From the NCBI GenBank assembly GCA_002716065.1, contig PAZE01000048.1:13-64012 (forward strand): 64,000 bases of DNA, written 5' to 3'. The position numbers and the translations under genes are program-made. Below, piece by piece: positions 40,637 to 51,711 of the stretch. Within the stretch, counting starts at the first letter, position 1. Each line of letters begins with the position of its first letter. This stretch comes from Crocinitomicaceae bacterium (GTDB lineage: Bacteria > Bacteroidota > Bacteroidia > Flavobacteriales_D > Parvicellaceae). The notes below the pieces were generated by a model. The model saw nothing but the letters and a program-made list of their open reading frames with translations, was not told where the DNA came from and ran no database searches.

Positions 40637-42264
40637 TATCCTAGAAAAGGGTAGCGATAATCTGTAGCAGGAACTAATGCTTCCTTAATTGTTCTTGGAG
40701 AAACCCATCTTATAAGATTAAGGTAAGAACCGGCTTTATCATTAGTACCAGATCCTCTGGCACCTCCAAAGGGTTGTTGTCCAACTACTGCCCCAGTGGG
40801 TTTGTCATTAATGTAGAAGTTTCCTGCCGCATTTTCCAATTTTTTCATAGCATTAACAATAGCGTATCTGTCTTGAGAATAGATAGCTCCGGTTAATGCA
40901 TATTCAGATGTAGAATTAACAATGTCTAGAGTCTTGTTAAAATCATTTTCATCATATACATATATTGTGATTACAGGCCCAAAGATCTCTTCACACATGG
41001 TTCTAAATTGTGGGTTTGTTGTTTTAACAACCGTAGGTTCAATGAAGTATCCCTTGGATTTGTCGTAACTGCCACCTGCAACTATTTCTGCGTCATCTTG
41101 TTGTTTGATGTAATCAATGTATCCAGAAATTCTATCAAAAGCAACTTCTGAAATAACTGCGTTTATAAAGTTCGAGGGATCTTCTGTGGAACCCATTTTA
41201 AATGAAGCAACATCTTCCTTAACTCTATTAATTACCTTATCGGCAATATTTGAAGGTAGGTATGCTCTTGATGCAGCAGAACATTTTTGCCCTTGAAACT
41301 CAAAAGCTCCTCTAGAGATTCCGGCTGCAACTTGCATTGGATCTGAAGAAGGATGAGCAACAATAAAATCTTTACCACCAGTTTCTCCAACAATTCTAGG
41401 GTAAGATCTGTATTTATCTATGTTGTTTCCTATTGTTTTCCAAAGGTGTTTAAATACTCCTGTTGAGCCAGTAAAATGAAGTCCAGCGAAATCTTTATGA
41501 TTAAAAACAACTTCTCCCGCTTCTGGACCATCAGCAACAACCATATTGATTACTCCATCAGGAATCCCTGCTGCTTTAAATAATTTCATAATTACTTGAG
41601 CAGAGTACATCTGACTTTCTGCTGGTTTCCAAACTACTACATTGCCCATTAATGCTGGGGCTGCACAAAGATTTGCAGCAATTGCAGTAAAATTAAATGG
41701 GGTAATGGCAAAAATAAATCCTTCCAGTGGTCTATATTCTAATCGGTTAATTATGCCGTCTGAAGAGTCAGGTTGTTCATCGTAAATTTGTTGTTGATAA
41801 GCAACATTAAACCTTAAAAAATCAACCAATTCACAAGCAGCATCTATTTCTGCTTGAAATACATTCTTGGATTGTCCAAGCATAGTTGCTGCATTCATTT
41901 CATCTCTAAATGGTCCAGCAAGTAAATCTGCGGCTTTCAAAAAAATGGTAGCTCGATGTTCCCAAGGCATACTTGACCATTTCTCTTTTGCAGCAAGTGC
42001 AGAGTCAATGGCTTTTTGAACATGGTCTTTAGTTCCCATACTAAAAAAACCTAAAGTATGCTTATGATCGTGAGGAGGAGATATTCTGAGTTTATTGTCA
42101 GTTTCAATTTCATCAGCTCCGATATATAATGGCACATGAATAGGCTCTTGATTATACATCTGTTGGTATTTGTTTAGAAGCGATTCCCTTTCGCTTGTAC
42201 CAGGTGCGTAAGAATTTACTGGTTCATTTGAAGGGTAGGGCATTGAATATATTCCTTTAGGCAT
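40636..42264 (-). CDS. pruA: L-glutamate gamma-semialdehyde (1-pyrroline-5-carboxylate) dehydrogenase
   Basis: Aldehyde dehydrogenase motifs (VGETGGKDF, GQKCSA). 542 aa is typical of PruA. Confidence 0.85.
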   Translation of the reverse strand: MPKGIYSMPYPSNEPVNSYAPGTSERESLLNKYQQMYNQEPIHVPLYIGADEIETDNKLRISPPHDHKHTLGFFSMGTKDHVQKAIDSALAAKEKWSSMPWEHRATIFLKAADLLAGPFRDEMNAATMLGQSKNVFQAEIDAACELVDFLRFNVAYQQQIYDEQPDSSDGIINRLEYRPLEGFIFAITPFNFTAIAANLCAAPALMGNVVVWKPAESQMYSAQVIMKLFKAAGIPDGVINMVVADGPEAGEVVFNHKDFAGLHFTGSTGVFKHLWKTIGNNIDKYRSYPRIVGETGGKDFIVAHPSSDPMQVAAGISRGAFEFQGQKCSAASRAYLPSNIADKVINRVKEDVASFKMGSTEDPSNFINAVISEVAFDRISGYIDYIKQQDDAEIVAGGSYDKSKGYFIEPTVVKTTNPQFRTMCEEIFGPVITIYVYDENDFNKTLDIVNSTSEYALTGAIYSQDRYAIVNAMKKLENAAGNFYINDKPTGAVVGQQPFGGARGSGTNDKAGSYLNLIRWVSPRTIKEALVPATDYRYPFLG

Positions 42265-42370
42265 AAGCTAGGTTTTAAATTTTTACGAATTTATAATTAA
42301 TGTTCAAATTAAATCAATATGAATGAATTGTTTTTAAGTATAGAAGAATTTTCTTTCCTATATTTAAAAT

Positions 42371-44722
42371 ATGCAAAAGTATCTTCTAAAACTCATTTTA
42401 CTTTTTTCTTTCATTTCAACTTACAATTCTCAACAAAATTTTGATTCACTTTTTAATATTTGGAAAAATACTTCTTTTTCTGATTCTATTCGTTTAAGAG
42501 CTTTAAATTCGATTATATGGGATAAGTATATGTTTTTGGATCCCGATAGTGCATTACACTATTCTCAATTACAATATAATTTTCTTCTCAAGAATAACTT
42601 AACCAATAAAATTGGAGATGCAATTAATAACCGTGCATCTGCATTTTATTATAAGGGATTTTTTAAAGAATCACTAAATGATTATCATAAATGTTTGGAG
42701 TGGTCTTTAAAAAACAATGATTTAGAATTAATAAATGGATCCTATATAAATTTATCTGCAATTTATAATCTCTTAGGTAATTATGATGAGGCTTTTCATT
42801 ATAATCAAAAAAGTTTTCAGCTTATAGATAAAAAAAAAGATAGTGCTCAATTAGCTCACAATTATTTTAATTCAGCATCCATATATACAAATACAAAAAA
42901 ATTCAATGATGCTATAGAGTTCTACTTAAAAGCATTGTCTCTTTCCAAAGAAAAAAACAATACTAACTTATCTTGTATGATTTTAGGTCATATTGGAGGT
43001 GTTTTGATAAAACAAAAAAAATATTCTGATGCTTTGATTTACTTTCAAAAAAAATTAGAACTGGCTCAATCAATAAATAATTCCAAATATATTTCAAGTT
43101 CTTACACTAGTCTAGGAGAAGTATATAAATTGTTAGAAGACTATGAATTGGCAATCAAATATTTATACTTATCAATAGATCTAAATAGAAATTTCCATAT
43201 TTCCATTGACAATGAGGCAAATTACAATTATTTATATCAAATTTATAAAGCATTAGGTGATCAACTTAATGCTCTTAAAATGTTTGAGTTATACACCTAC
43301 ATTAAAGATTCAATCAATTTAAATGAAAATTTTAATGAATCCATAAGGTTAGAGGAAAAAAGAAAGTATAATGAAATTAAATATAGAGATAGCATTGTAA
43401 ATCATCAGAAGATGATATACAATACTCAAAGAATTAAACAAAAAGAAAAGGAATCAAATTTTCTTCTTCTAATAATTCTTCTTTTTATCATCTTTTCAAT
43501 TTTACTTATAAGCAGGTTGTTGGTCATTAGAAGACAAAAAAAAGTTATCGAAAAACAACGACAAACAACAATTGAAAAAAATAAAGAATTAGAGCGGCTT
43601 TCAATAGTTGTTAGTGAAACAGAAAATGTTATTTTGATTTTAGATCCAATGGGGAATGTACAATGGGTAAACGATAGCTTTGTTCGTTTAAATAACCTGA
43701 CATTAAATCAACTTATTGAACAAAGAGGTGAAAATATAACTACTATTAGTAATAATAGAAATATGGCTGAAATCTTGAAAAAATGCAGTCAGAGTAGAAA
43801 ACCTTTTAGATATGACGCCTTAAATATTACAGATCAAGGGCTTAGAGTCTGGGAATCTTCCACCATAACTCCAATATTCGATCAAAAAGGAAGACTTAAA
43901 AATTTCATAATAATTGATACCGATATTACCAAACAGAAAGATGCTGAGGATTTAATTAGTCAAAAAAATAAAGATATTACCGATAGTATTAATTATGCAA
44001 AACGATTGCAAAATGCTATACTTCCCTCATTAGATTATTTAAATAAATTACTCCCAAACTCTTTTATATATTTTCATCCAAAAAGTATTGTTTCTGGAGA
44101 TTTTTATTGGGTTGAAAGTTTTGATCATAAAGTATTTTTTGCTGTTGCCGATTGTACTGGTCATGGTGTTCCTGGTGCTATGGTTTCAGTAATTTGTTCT
44201 AATGTTCTGAGTAAAGCATTTTTGGAAGAAAAAATTACTCAGCCTGATAAGATTTTAAACAGAGCAAGAGAGTTGGTTGTTGAGAGGTTTGCAAAGTCTG
44301 GTGATGATATACACGATGGAATGGATATTTCATTATGTTGTTATAATGAAAAATCTGGTTTAATTGAATGGTCGGGTGCAAATAACCCCTTATGGATTAT
44401 TCGAAATAACAATATGTTACTAGAAGAGTTTGTTCCAGACAAGCAGCCTATTGGAATGTATTCGAATAAAAGATTATTTACGAATCATAAAATTAAATTA
44501 AATAAAGGAGATCAAATATTTCTTTTTTCAGATGGTTTTGCAGATCAGTTTGGCGGAAAATCTTCAAAAAAATATAAGTCTGCTAATTTTAAGAAGTTTC
44601 TACTTTCTATATTTGAAAAACCTATGGATCAACAAAAGAAACTGTTGTCCAAAGAATTTGATTCTTGGAAAGGAGATTTAGAGCAAATAGACGATGTTTG
44701 TGTAATGGGGGTTCGAATTTAG
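42371..44722 (+). CDS. TPR-repeat / TM / PAS / PP2C (SpoIIE-type) serine phosphatase signalling protein
   Basis: N-terminal signal peptide and TPR-like repeats, one TM segment (LLLIILLFIIFSILLISRLLVI), a PAS-like region and a C-terminal SpoIIE/PP2C domain (VSGDFYW...ADCTGHGVPGAM...FSDGFADQ). Confidence 0.8.
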   Translation: MQKYLLKLILLFSFISTYNSQQNFDSLFNIWKNTSFSDSIRLRALNSIIWDKYMFLDPDSALHYSQLQYNFLLKNNLTNKIGDAINNRASAFYYKGFFKESLNDYHKCLEWSLKNNDLELINGSYINLSAIYNLLGNYDEAFHYNQKSFQLIDKKKDSAQLAHNYFNSASIYTNTKKFNDAIEFYLKALSLSKEKNNTNLSCMILGHIGGVLIKQKKYSDALIYFQKKLELAQSINNSKYISSSYTSLGEVYKLLEDYELAIKYLYLSIDLNRNFHISIDNEANYNYLYQIYKALGDQLNALKMFELYTYIKDSINLNENFNESIRLEEKRKYNEIKYRDSIVNHQKMIYNTQRIKQKEKESNFLLLIILLFIIFSILLISRLLVIRRQKKVIEKQRQTTIEKNKELERLSIVVSETENVILILDPMGNVQWVNDSFVRLNNLTLNQLIEQRGENITTISNNRNMAEILKKCSQSRKPFRYDALNITDQGLRVWESSTITPIFDQKGRLKNFIIIDTDITKQKDAEDLISQKNKDITDSINYAKRLQNAILPSLDYLNKLLPNSFIYFHPKSIVSGDFYWVESFDHKVFFAVADCTGHGVPGAMVSVICSNVLSKAFLEEKITQPDKILNRARELVVERFAKSGDDIHDGMDISLCCYNEKSGLIEWSGANNPLWIIRNNNMLLEEFVPDKQPIGMYSNKRLFTNHKIKLNKGDQIFLFSDGFADQFGGKSSKKYKSANFKKFLLSIFEKPMDQQKKLLSKEFDSWKGDLEQIDDVCVMGVRI

Positions 44723-44759
44723 TGCTTACATTTACTTTTGAATTTCTTTGACCTTTAAG

Positions 44760-45926
44760 ATGTTAAATAATCCATTAGCATATACCACACCCTATCCAAT
44801 GGGAATTGAAATAGTTTCTGCAGATGGAATACATTTGATTGACTCAAATGGAAAAATATACACAGATTTAATTTCGGGTATAGCTGTTTCTAATTTAGGT
44901 CATAATAATCACACCATTAATCAAGCAATTAAACAGCAGGTAGATAGGCACCTTCATGTAATGGTTTATGGAGAGTATAAACAGTCTGTACAAAATAAAT
45001 TAGCTTCTAGGTTGTGTAATCTACTTCCTGATGGTTTAGATGTTTTGTATCCAGTTAATTCTGGTACTGAGGCTAACGAAGCAGCGCTTAAACTAGTAAA
45101 GAGAGTTACTGGAAGAAAGGAAATAATTTCTTTTAATGGGGCGTATCATGGCTCTACGCATGGATCGTTGAGTGTTACTGGAAATACTCAAAAGAAAAGT
45201 GCTTTTTATCCTTTGCTCCCAGAAGTTAGATTTATTGATTTTAATGCAATTAATCAGCTAAATACAATATCTACTAAAACAGCTGGCGTAATTGTAGAAC
45301 CTATTCAGGGTGATGCAGGTGTTAGAATACCATCAAAAGAATTTTTACAAGCCTTAAGAGATAGATGTAGTGAAGTAGGGGCCATGCTTATTTTTGATGA
45401 GATACAAACTGGTTTTGGTAGAACAGGAAAATTGTTTGCTTTTGAGCATTATAACGTTATTCCCGATATTTTAACTATTGGTAAGGCATTTGGAGGGGGA
45501 ATGCCCATAGGTGGTTTTATATCCTCCAACGAAAATATGAAATCCCTTACCTATAACCCTAAGCTAGGACACATTACCACTTTTGGTGGACACCCAGTTT
45601 GTTGTGCTGCAGCTTTAGCTAGTTTGGAGCTAATTTCTGATAAAAACTTGTTGTCTAAAGTTGAGATTAAGGGGAGATTATTCGAAGATTTACTTACGCA
45701 TCCTTTAATCAAAGAGATTAGAAGAAAAGGGATGTTTTTTGCTATTGAATTGGAAAATGAAGATGTAGTTCAACAAGTAGTTCAAGGATGTAAAGAAAAG
45801 GGAGTGCTTACTTTTTGGTTTTTATCAAATCCACAAAGCTTTAGAATTGCACCTCCACTTACAATAACTGAAAATGAAATTAAAATAGCATGTGAAGTGA
45901 TTATTCAGGTAATGGATGCCATTTAG
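44760..45926 (+). CDS. class III (aspartate aminotransferase family) PLP aminotransferase, ornithine/acetylornithine aminotransferase-like
   Basis: NSGTEANE, the DEIQTGFGRTG motif and the TIGKAFGGG PLP-lysine region. ATG at 44760 is preferred over the TTG at 44748. Confidence 0.8.
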   Translation: MLNNPLAYTTPYPMGIEIVSADGIHLIDSNGKIYTDLISGIAVSNLGHNNHTINQAIKQQVDRHLHVMVYGEYKQSVQNKLASRLCNLLPDGLDVLYPVNSGTEANEAALKLVKRVTGRKEIISFNGAYHGSTHGSLSVTGNTQKKSAFYPLLPEVRFIDFNAINQLNTISTKTAGVIVEPIQGDAGVRIPSKEFLQALRDRCSEVGAMLIFDEIQTGFGRTGKLFAFEHYNVIPDILTIGKAFGGGMPIGGFISSNENMKSLTYNPKLGHITTFGGHPVCCAAALASLELISDKNLLSKVEIKGRLFEDLLTHPLIKEIRRKGMFFAIELENEDVVQQVVQGCKEKGVLTFWFLSNPQSFRIAPPLTITENEIKIACEVIIQVMDAI

Positions 45927-45927
45927 T

Positions 45928-47187
45928 TTATTGCCAAATTTTATCTGTTATTTTTTTAAATTCAGCTATGGTGGTGGTTTTAAAGTTTAAATTAGAAACT
46001 ATTTGATCAACACCTGTTTCTAACTCACTTATTGACCAAATAATTTGTTTTTCCCCTTTAATTAATTGATATACAAGTAAAGATGCATTTCTTGCTGTGG
46101 GAAGATTTGAAAATAGAACATGGTCTCGCTTGTTGTTGGTGTAATATCCGGGAAGTACTGATTTTATATCATGAAATATTAATCTAAAAGCGGTAGTTCC
46201 TGCTACTTTTTCTGCCATATTAACACTTAATTGAGTTCTTGGACCTTTATCATTTACAAAAGCATCGCAGTTAATCCATCCAAATTTATCTGTTAGTACT
46301 TTTAGCCCACCCATTTCTTCAGTTTCTTCATTAAACTCTAAAGGGTTTAGTATTGTTTCTATATCATTATCCAGCTTCCAATCTATTAACCCATCTTTTT
46401 GTTTTCCAAAGAAAATCCCAAATGATTCATAGATAGTATAAAAATTTATTTCTGCTCTAGTCCCCTTTTTTAGTGCTACTTGTTTGCCATCGCAATAACT
46501 CATTATGTATATCATGCCTCCGGTCATTAACATTTTATCTGAACTTGTTGTGGTAAGACCAGCAAGAAGAATTTCAGAAGGGCTGAAGAATTCTTTTAAC
46601 TCTATTGTTAGCTCATTACAATTGCAATCATAGGAACCTGAAGGCACATATACACTTGTGTATTTTCCGTGAAGGTAGGCTCCGTAAGTGGAATCGTATG
46701 TTGCTTTAAAAACTCCGTTAATTGTGTCGTTGATGTATCCTGTGGCAATACGTTTTTCTTGCTTTTTAACCACTAATTGATAGATTCCTTTTCTTGTGGT
46801 TATATTTTTTATGTTTTCTCTTGTCCAAGTAACTCCTGTTAATGGGTGTCCATTAGATGATTGCCTTTTGTTTTGAAATGGTTTGAATTGAATTAGTAGA
46901 TTTTGTGCTTCAATGCCAATTGAATCTTTATAAAAGGCTGCTAATTTTTTAACACGAACTTTAGAGTAATTAATTTTGTCTTGATTGCTTAGTTTTTTGT
47001 TTTCTTTTTTTGTTAAAACATTTAAAATAAGTTCATTACCATTATTTATTTCACTATATAGTTTTAATGCTTGTATTTCTACATTGTTAGATATTTGTAC
47101 AGACTTTTCTTCAAATATTATTGTCGATTGACCAAAATAAAAAAGGTTCATTGACAAACTAACTGCAATAAGGGAAAGCTTATTCAT
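45928..47187 (-). CDS. hypothetical secreted protein
   Basis: 419-aa ORF with a signal peptide. I recognise no motif. Confidence 0.35.
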   Translation of the reverse strand: MNKLSLIAVSLSMNLFYFGQSTIIFEEKSVQISNNVEIQALKLYSEINNGNELILNVLTKKENKKLSNQDKINYSKVRVKKLAAFYKDSIGIEAQNLLIQFKPFQNKRQSSNGHPLTGVTWTRENIKNITTRKGIYQLVVKKQEKRIATGYINDTINGVFKATYDSTYGAYLHGKYTSVYVPSGSYDCNCNELTIELKEFFSPSEILLAGLTTTSSDKMLMTGGMIYIMSYCDGKQVALKKGTRAEINFYTIYESFGIFFGKQKDGLIDWKLDNDIETILNPLEFNEETEEMGGLKVLTDKFGWINCDAFVNDKGPRTQLSVNMAEKVAGTTAFRLIFHDIKSVLPGYYTNNKRDHVLFSNLPTARNASLLVYQLIKGEKQIIWSISELETGVDQIVSNLNFKTTTIAEFKKITDKIWQ

Positions 47188-47260
47188 TTTTATAACTAAA
47201 GTTCTGTAAGTATAACTTCAATTACATAAAAAGATACAAATGGGAAACTTATATTGGAAT

Positions 47261-47294
47261 AAAAAAATGCTGCTTCTAAAAAGAAACAGCATTT
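47261..47294 (-). terminator. rho-independent terminator after ndk
   Basis: On the minus strand, AATGCTGTTTC-loop-GAAGCAGCATT (11 bp, one mismatch) is followed by TTTTTTT. Confidence 0.6.
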
Positions 47295-47315
47295 AAGAAT
47301 TTAGTTTGGTAGTAA

Positions 47316-47735
47316 TTATACTAGTTCAGCTACACCAAAATGAAAATTACATTCTATTTGAGCGTTTTCATCGCTATCTGAGCCATGAACAGCATTTCTT
47401 CCTTTAGATTCTGCATATTTCTTTCGAATTGTTCCTTCAGCTGCTTCTGCAGGGTCTGTTGATCCAATTAGTGCTCTAAAATCTGCAACAGCATTTTCTT
47501 TTTCTAGTATTGCTGCTACAATAGCTCCAGAGGTCATATAGTTTACCAATTCACCGTAAAAAGGTCTTTCAGCATGAATTGCATAAAATTCTTCAGCTTG
47601 CTCTTTAGAAAGATTGGTAAGTTTCATTGCTTTAATGCTAAATCCAGCATCTGTAATCATTTGTATAATATTCCCAATATTACCAGCTTCAACCGCATCT
47701 GGCTTTATCATTGTAAAAGTTCTGTTTCCTGACAT
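47316..47735 (-). CDS. ndk: nucleoside-diphosphate kinase
   Basis: [10 protein letters not shown]-like N-terminus and the NAVHGSD active-site His motif. 139 aa. Confidence 0.95.
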   Translation of the reverse strand: MSGNRTFTMIKPDAVEAGNIGNIIQMITDAGFSIKAMKLTNLSKEQAEEFYAIHAERPFYGELVNYMTSGAIVAAILEKENAVADFRALIGSTDPAEAAEGTIRKKYAESKGRNAVHGSDSDENAQIECNFHFGVAELV

Positions 47736-47785
47736 TGCTTAAATTTTTTTGGCAAATTTAATAAAGTTATTTACATATAATGCAA

Positions 47786-48217
47786 TTAACTTGAATGATC
47801 AGAAATTATTACCCATTGGTTGTTTTTCTTTTGCCAAATAAGAGAATAATAGCCATTTAAATCTATAAGGTTTTCTCTTGAAAGTTCCCATTTCCCAAGA
47901 ACTGTTATGGTATTTAGGTCTATTTGTTGAATACTTATAGTAGTAAATTTTAGAGTTCCCATTTGAGCTTTATCAGGGTATGATTTTAAGTAATTGTCTA
48001 GGGTGTTTTGCCATCCATATTGAACGCCATTTTTTCCAGTAAATGTTAGTGAATCGGATTTCCAGTAATGATTCATAAATTCATTGATACTGCCTTTGTT
48101 CCAAGAGTTTTCCTGTTGGCTCATTTTAGCATTAACAATGGAGATGTCTAATGGTTTCTGGGTATAGCCCAAAAGATTGAAAAACAGAAATATCCAAAGG
48201 GAGTGTTTAAAGTTCAT
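47786..48217 (-). CDS. DUF4440 / SnoaL-like (NTF2-fold) protein, secreted
   Basis: Signal peptide and an NTF2-like size and pattern ending ...WQKKNNQWVIISDHSS. Confidence 0.5.
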   Translation of the reverse strand: MNFKHSLWIFLFFNLLGYTQKPLDISIVNAKMSQQENSWNKGSINEFMNHYWKSDSLTFTGKNGVQYGWQNTLDNYLKSYPDKAQMGTLKFTTISIQQIDLNTITVLGKWELSRENLIDLNGYYSLIWQKKNNQWVIISDHSS

Positions 48218-48219
48218 AT

Positions 48220-50820
48220 TTAGTTCTTTTTTTCTTTTCTAAAAACAATTGAATTTTCGAAAGAATCTATTAAAATTTCATCTCCATTTTTAATCTCTGC
48301 ACTTATTAATTTTCTGGATAAAGAATTTAAGATTTCTTTCTGAATAACTCTTTTTATAGGTCGTGCTCCAAATTGAGGTTCATATCCTTTTTTAGAAAGG
48401 TATTCAATAGCATAGTCTGTGGCTTTAATGGATATGTCTTTTTCTTTAAGCAGTTCAGCTACTTTGCTTAGGTGAATTTCTACAATTTTAGCTATGGCTT
48501 CTTTATTTAAGGGGTTAAACATAATGGTTTCATCAATTCTATTTAGAAATTCAGGTCGAACACTCTGTTTAAGCACTTCGAAGACCATTGCTTTTGTTTT
48601 AGATTGAATTTCCAAATAATTTTTTGAGGTTAATCCTTCTAAATTTTCTTGAATAATGTTTGCACCAATATTGGAGGTCATAATAATTATGGTGTTTTTA
48701 AAATTTACTACTCTTCCTTTGTTATCGGTAAGCCTGCCATCATCCAATACTTGCAATAGAATGTTAAATACATCTGGATGTGCTTTTTCAATTTCATCTA
48801 ATAAAACAATGGAGTAGGGTCTTCTTCTTACAGCTTCAGTTAGTTGACCACCTTCTTCATAACCTACATAGCCGGGAGGAGCACCTACCAATCTTGAAAC
48901 AGCATGTTTTTCTTGGTATTCACTCATGTCTATACGAATCATAGCTTGTTCATCATCAAAAAGCGCTTCACTTAGTGCTCTTGCTAGCTCAGTTTTTCCA
49001 ACGCCAGTAGTCCCTAGAAAAATAAATGATCCAATTGGTCGATTAATATCTTGAAGTCCAGATCTGCTTCTTAAAACAGCATCTGCAACTGCACCAATAG
49101 CCTCCTGTTGACCGATAACACGATTAGATAGCTCGCTGTCTAAACGTAATAGTTTAGCTTTTTCTCCTTCTAACATCTTATTCACAGGTATTCCTGTCCA
49201 CTTAGATACTACATCAGCAATTTCTTCAGCATCAACATCTTCTTTTATCATCTTGGATTCACTCTGAGCAGAGATTAAATTATTTTTTTCCTCAATAATT
49301 AAGCTTTCAAGCTCTTTTAGCTTTCCGTATCTTATTTCAGCTACTCTACCAAAGTCTCCATTTCTTTCAGCCTGTTCTGCTTCAATTTTTAATTGTTCAA
49401 TTTCTTTTTTTGCAGATTGAATTTTTTCAACGATTTCTTTTTCATTTTCCCATCTTGCTTTAAACTCATTTCTTTTTTCAGAAAGTTCTGCTAGTTCTTC
49501 TTTAAGAAGATTTATTTTCTTTTTGTCATTTTCTCTTTTAATGGCCTCTTTTTCAATCTCTAATTGCATTATCTTTCTTTCCAATTCATCTAGCTCTTCA
49601 GGTTTACTATTGATTTCCATTCTTAGTTTTGAGGCAGCTTCATCCATTAAATCAATAGCTTTGTCTGGAAGGAAACGGTTGGTAATGTATCTTGTTGATA
49701 GCTCAACAGCGGAGATAATTGCTTCATCTTTAATCTGAACCTTATGATGATTTTCGTACTTTTCTTTAATGCCTCTTAGTATACTAACAGCATCTTCAAA
49801 ATCAGGTTCGTCAACAACTACTTGCTGAAATCGTCTTTCAAGAGCTTTGTCTTTTTCAAAATATTTTTGGTATTCATCCAGTGTAGTTGCTCCAATTGCT
49901 CTTAATTCACCTCTAGCAAGAGCAGGTTTTAGAATGTTAGCTGCATCCATTGCCCCTTGACCACCGCCAGCTCCAACAAGGGTATGGATCTCATCAATAA
50001 ATAGTACAATTTCACCATCTTCACTAACAACTTCTTTAATTACTGCTTTAAGACGTTCTTCAAATTCTCCTTTGTATTTTGCCCCTGCAATTAACGCTCC
50101 CATATCCAATGAAAATATAATCTTAGATTTGAGGTTTTCAGGAACGTCCCCACTAATTATTCTATGAGCTATACCTTCAGCAATAGCTGTTTTTCCAACT
50201 CCGGGCTCACCAATTAATATTGGGTTATTCTTTGTTCTTCGAGTTAAAATCTGTAATACTCTTCTTATTTCTTCATCTCTTCCAATAACTGGGTCTAACT
50301 TTCCGTCTTTAGCCAGCTGATTTAAATTTCTTGCATATTTATTAAGTGAATTAAAATTGTCCTCATGGTTAGATGAGCTCACTTTTTCTCCTTTTCTAAG
50401 TTCATTGATTACTTCAACAAGCTCTTTTTTAGCTATCCCATTGTCCTTAAGAAGTTGAGAGATTGAATCATTTGATTTTAACAACCCAATTAATAAATGT
50501 TCTAGTGATATATAATCATCTTTTAATTTTGATGCTTCAACAAGGGCTTCATTTAGTGTTTTCTGAAGATTTCTACTCATTTGAGTATCCGCTCCACTAA
50601 CTTTAGGATAGGATTTGACAATGCTATTTACTGTTTCTTGAAAAACACTAGTATTCACACTAAATTTTTTAAGTAAATGAGGAACAACATTTTTATCGAT
50701 TTCAAGAATAGCTTTTAGTAAATGACCATTTTCAATCATCTGATGACCTTGTACTAGCGCAAGGTTTTGCGCATTACTAATTGCTTTTTGCGCTTTGTGT
50801 GTAAATTGATTAAAATCCAT
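48220..50820 (-). CDS. clpB: ATP-dependent chaperone ClpB
   Basis: Two AAA+ modules (GEPGVGKTA and GTTGVGKTE), a long coiled-coil middle domain and a Clp N domain. 866 aa. Confidence 0.95.
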   Translation of the reverse strand: MDFNQFTHKAQKAISNAQNLALVQGHQMIENGHLLKAILEIDKNVVPHLLKKFSVNTSVFQETVNSIVKSYPKVSGADTQMSRNLQKTLNEALVEASKLKDDYISLEHLLIGLLKSNDSISQLLKDNGIAKKELVEVINELRKGEKVSSSNHEDNFNSLNKYARNLNQLAKDGKLDPVIGRDEEIRRVLQILTRRTKNNPILIGEPGVGKTAIAEGIAHRIISGDVPENLKSKIIFSLDMGALIAGAKYKGEFEERLKAVIKEVVSEDGEIVLFIDEIHTLVGAGGGQGAMDAANILKPALARGELRAIGATTLDEYQKYFEKDKALERRFQQVVVDEPDFEDAVSILRGIKEKYENHHKVQIKDEAIISAVELSTRYITNRFLPDKAIDLMDEAASKLRMEINSKPEELDELERKIMQLEIEKEAIKRENDKKKINLLKEELAELSEKRNEFKARWENEKEIVEKIQSAKKEIEQLKIEAEQAERNGDFGRVAEIRYGKLKELESLIIEEKNNLISAQSESKMIKEDVDAEEIADVVSKWTGIPVNKMLEGEKAKLLRLDSELSNRVIGQQEAIGAVADAVLRSRSGLQDINRPIGSFIFLGTTGVGKTELARALSEALFDDEQAMIRIDMSEYQEKHAVSRLVGAPPGYVGYEEGGQLTEAVRRRPYSIVLLDEIEKAHPDVFNILLQVLDDGRLTDNKGRVVNFKNTIIIMTSNIGANIIQENLEGLTSKNYLEIQSKTKAMVFEVLKQSVRPEFLNRIDETIMFNPLNKEAIAKIVEIHLSKVAELLKEKDISIKATDYAIEYLSKKGYEPQFGARPIKRVIQKEILNSLSRKLISAEIKNGDEILIDSFENSIVFRKEKKN

Positions 50821-50940
50821 ATTAATAGCTTTATAAGGATTTAACCATCAATTTTTAATCCGAAGGGGTTAAAAAGCCATTTTTACAGAAAATAAAGGGT
50901 TTATTTTAACCAAAAAGGACATTTTGTCTGATTATATTAG

Positions 50941-51705
50941 TTAAAAAAGTCTTTTTATTAGACAAAGATTGTGTGAAATTGAATTTGATTCGCTAACATA
51001 AATTCCTTGCTCTTTAAGAATATCTATTCTAACTTTTCCTGATGAATGAATAATTCTATTGTCATCTAAAACAATACCTACATGGTTTATTTTACCTTCT
51101 TTATTTTGAAAAAATGCCAAATCTCCTTTAACTGTTCCTTTAAAGTCTACTTCAAATCCTTCATCTGCCTGCTGATAGGCATCTCTTGGTAATTGAATTC
51201 CACATAAGCGAAAAATCAATTGGGTGTACCCAGAACAATCAATTCCAAAATTGCTTCTTCCTCCCCAAAGGTAAGGTGTATTAAGAAGGCTTAAAGCATA
51301 CTCTTGAAGATGCTCAACATTTAAACTAGCGAGTGCTACTTTTGCTTTGTATTTGCTAATTCTAATTTTTAATGTTTCTTTATGGAAAAAGGGTAGAATA
51401 CTTCCCATAGGAATTGGCGTAATTTCATTTGTATTTAGCTCTATTAATTCTGCATTTTTTGAACTATTTATAGGAAACTGGTTAATTGAAAGATTATCAT
51501 AATCCTCATAGTTGATTTCTTTGTATTGCTTAGCACATATCCAACCTTTGTAATTATCATGATAAGTTAAAATCTCTACCCATTTTTTTTTGATTTGGAC
51601 GATTTTGAAATGTTCACCAAATAGTAAAAAGGATACTATTTCTGACTGATCTTTTGGTTCGCTTCTTAAAGGAACATTTCCTAAATTACAAATTCCGTAT
51701 TCCAT
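50941..51705 (-). CDS. C40 family (NlpC/P60) peptidase with N-terminal SH3-like domain
   Basis: Catalytic Cys motif (DCSGYTQLIFRLCG) and a downstream His (NHVGIVL). Confidence 0.8.
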   Translation of the reverse strand: MEYGICNLGNVPLRSEPKDQSEIVSFLLFGEHFKIVQIKKKWVEILTYHDNYKGWICAKQYKEINYEDYDNLSINQFPINSSKNAELIELNTNEITPIPMGSILPFFHKETLKIRISKYKAKVALASLNVEHLQEYALSLLNTPYLWGGRSNFGIDCSGYTQLIFRLCGIQLPRDAYQQADEGFEVDFKGTVKGDLAFFQNKEGKINHVGIVLDDNRIIHSSGKVRIDILKEQGIYVSESNSISHNLCLIKRLF

Positions 51706-51711
51706 AGTTTA

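Noticed and set aside
42831-43060. A8-A9 homopolymer runs inside the TPR/PP2C gene (and at 36516-36524) as candidate phase-variation tracts.
   Set aside because: They encode Lys runs in an AT-rich genome and the frames are intact. There is no evidence of slippage from a single sequence.
50917-50930. GGACATTTTGTCTG palindrome upstream of clpB, considered as a shared heat-shock operator with the lon palindrome.
   Set aside because: The stem is only 4-5 bp and the half-sites are everted relative to the lon site. It sits directly after the stop of the upstream NlpC/P60 gene, where a weak terminator is the simpler explanation.
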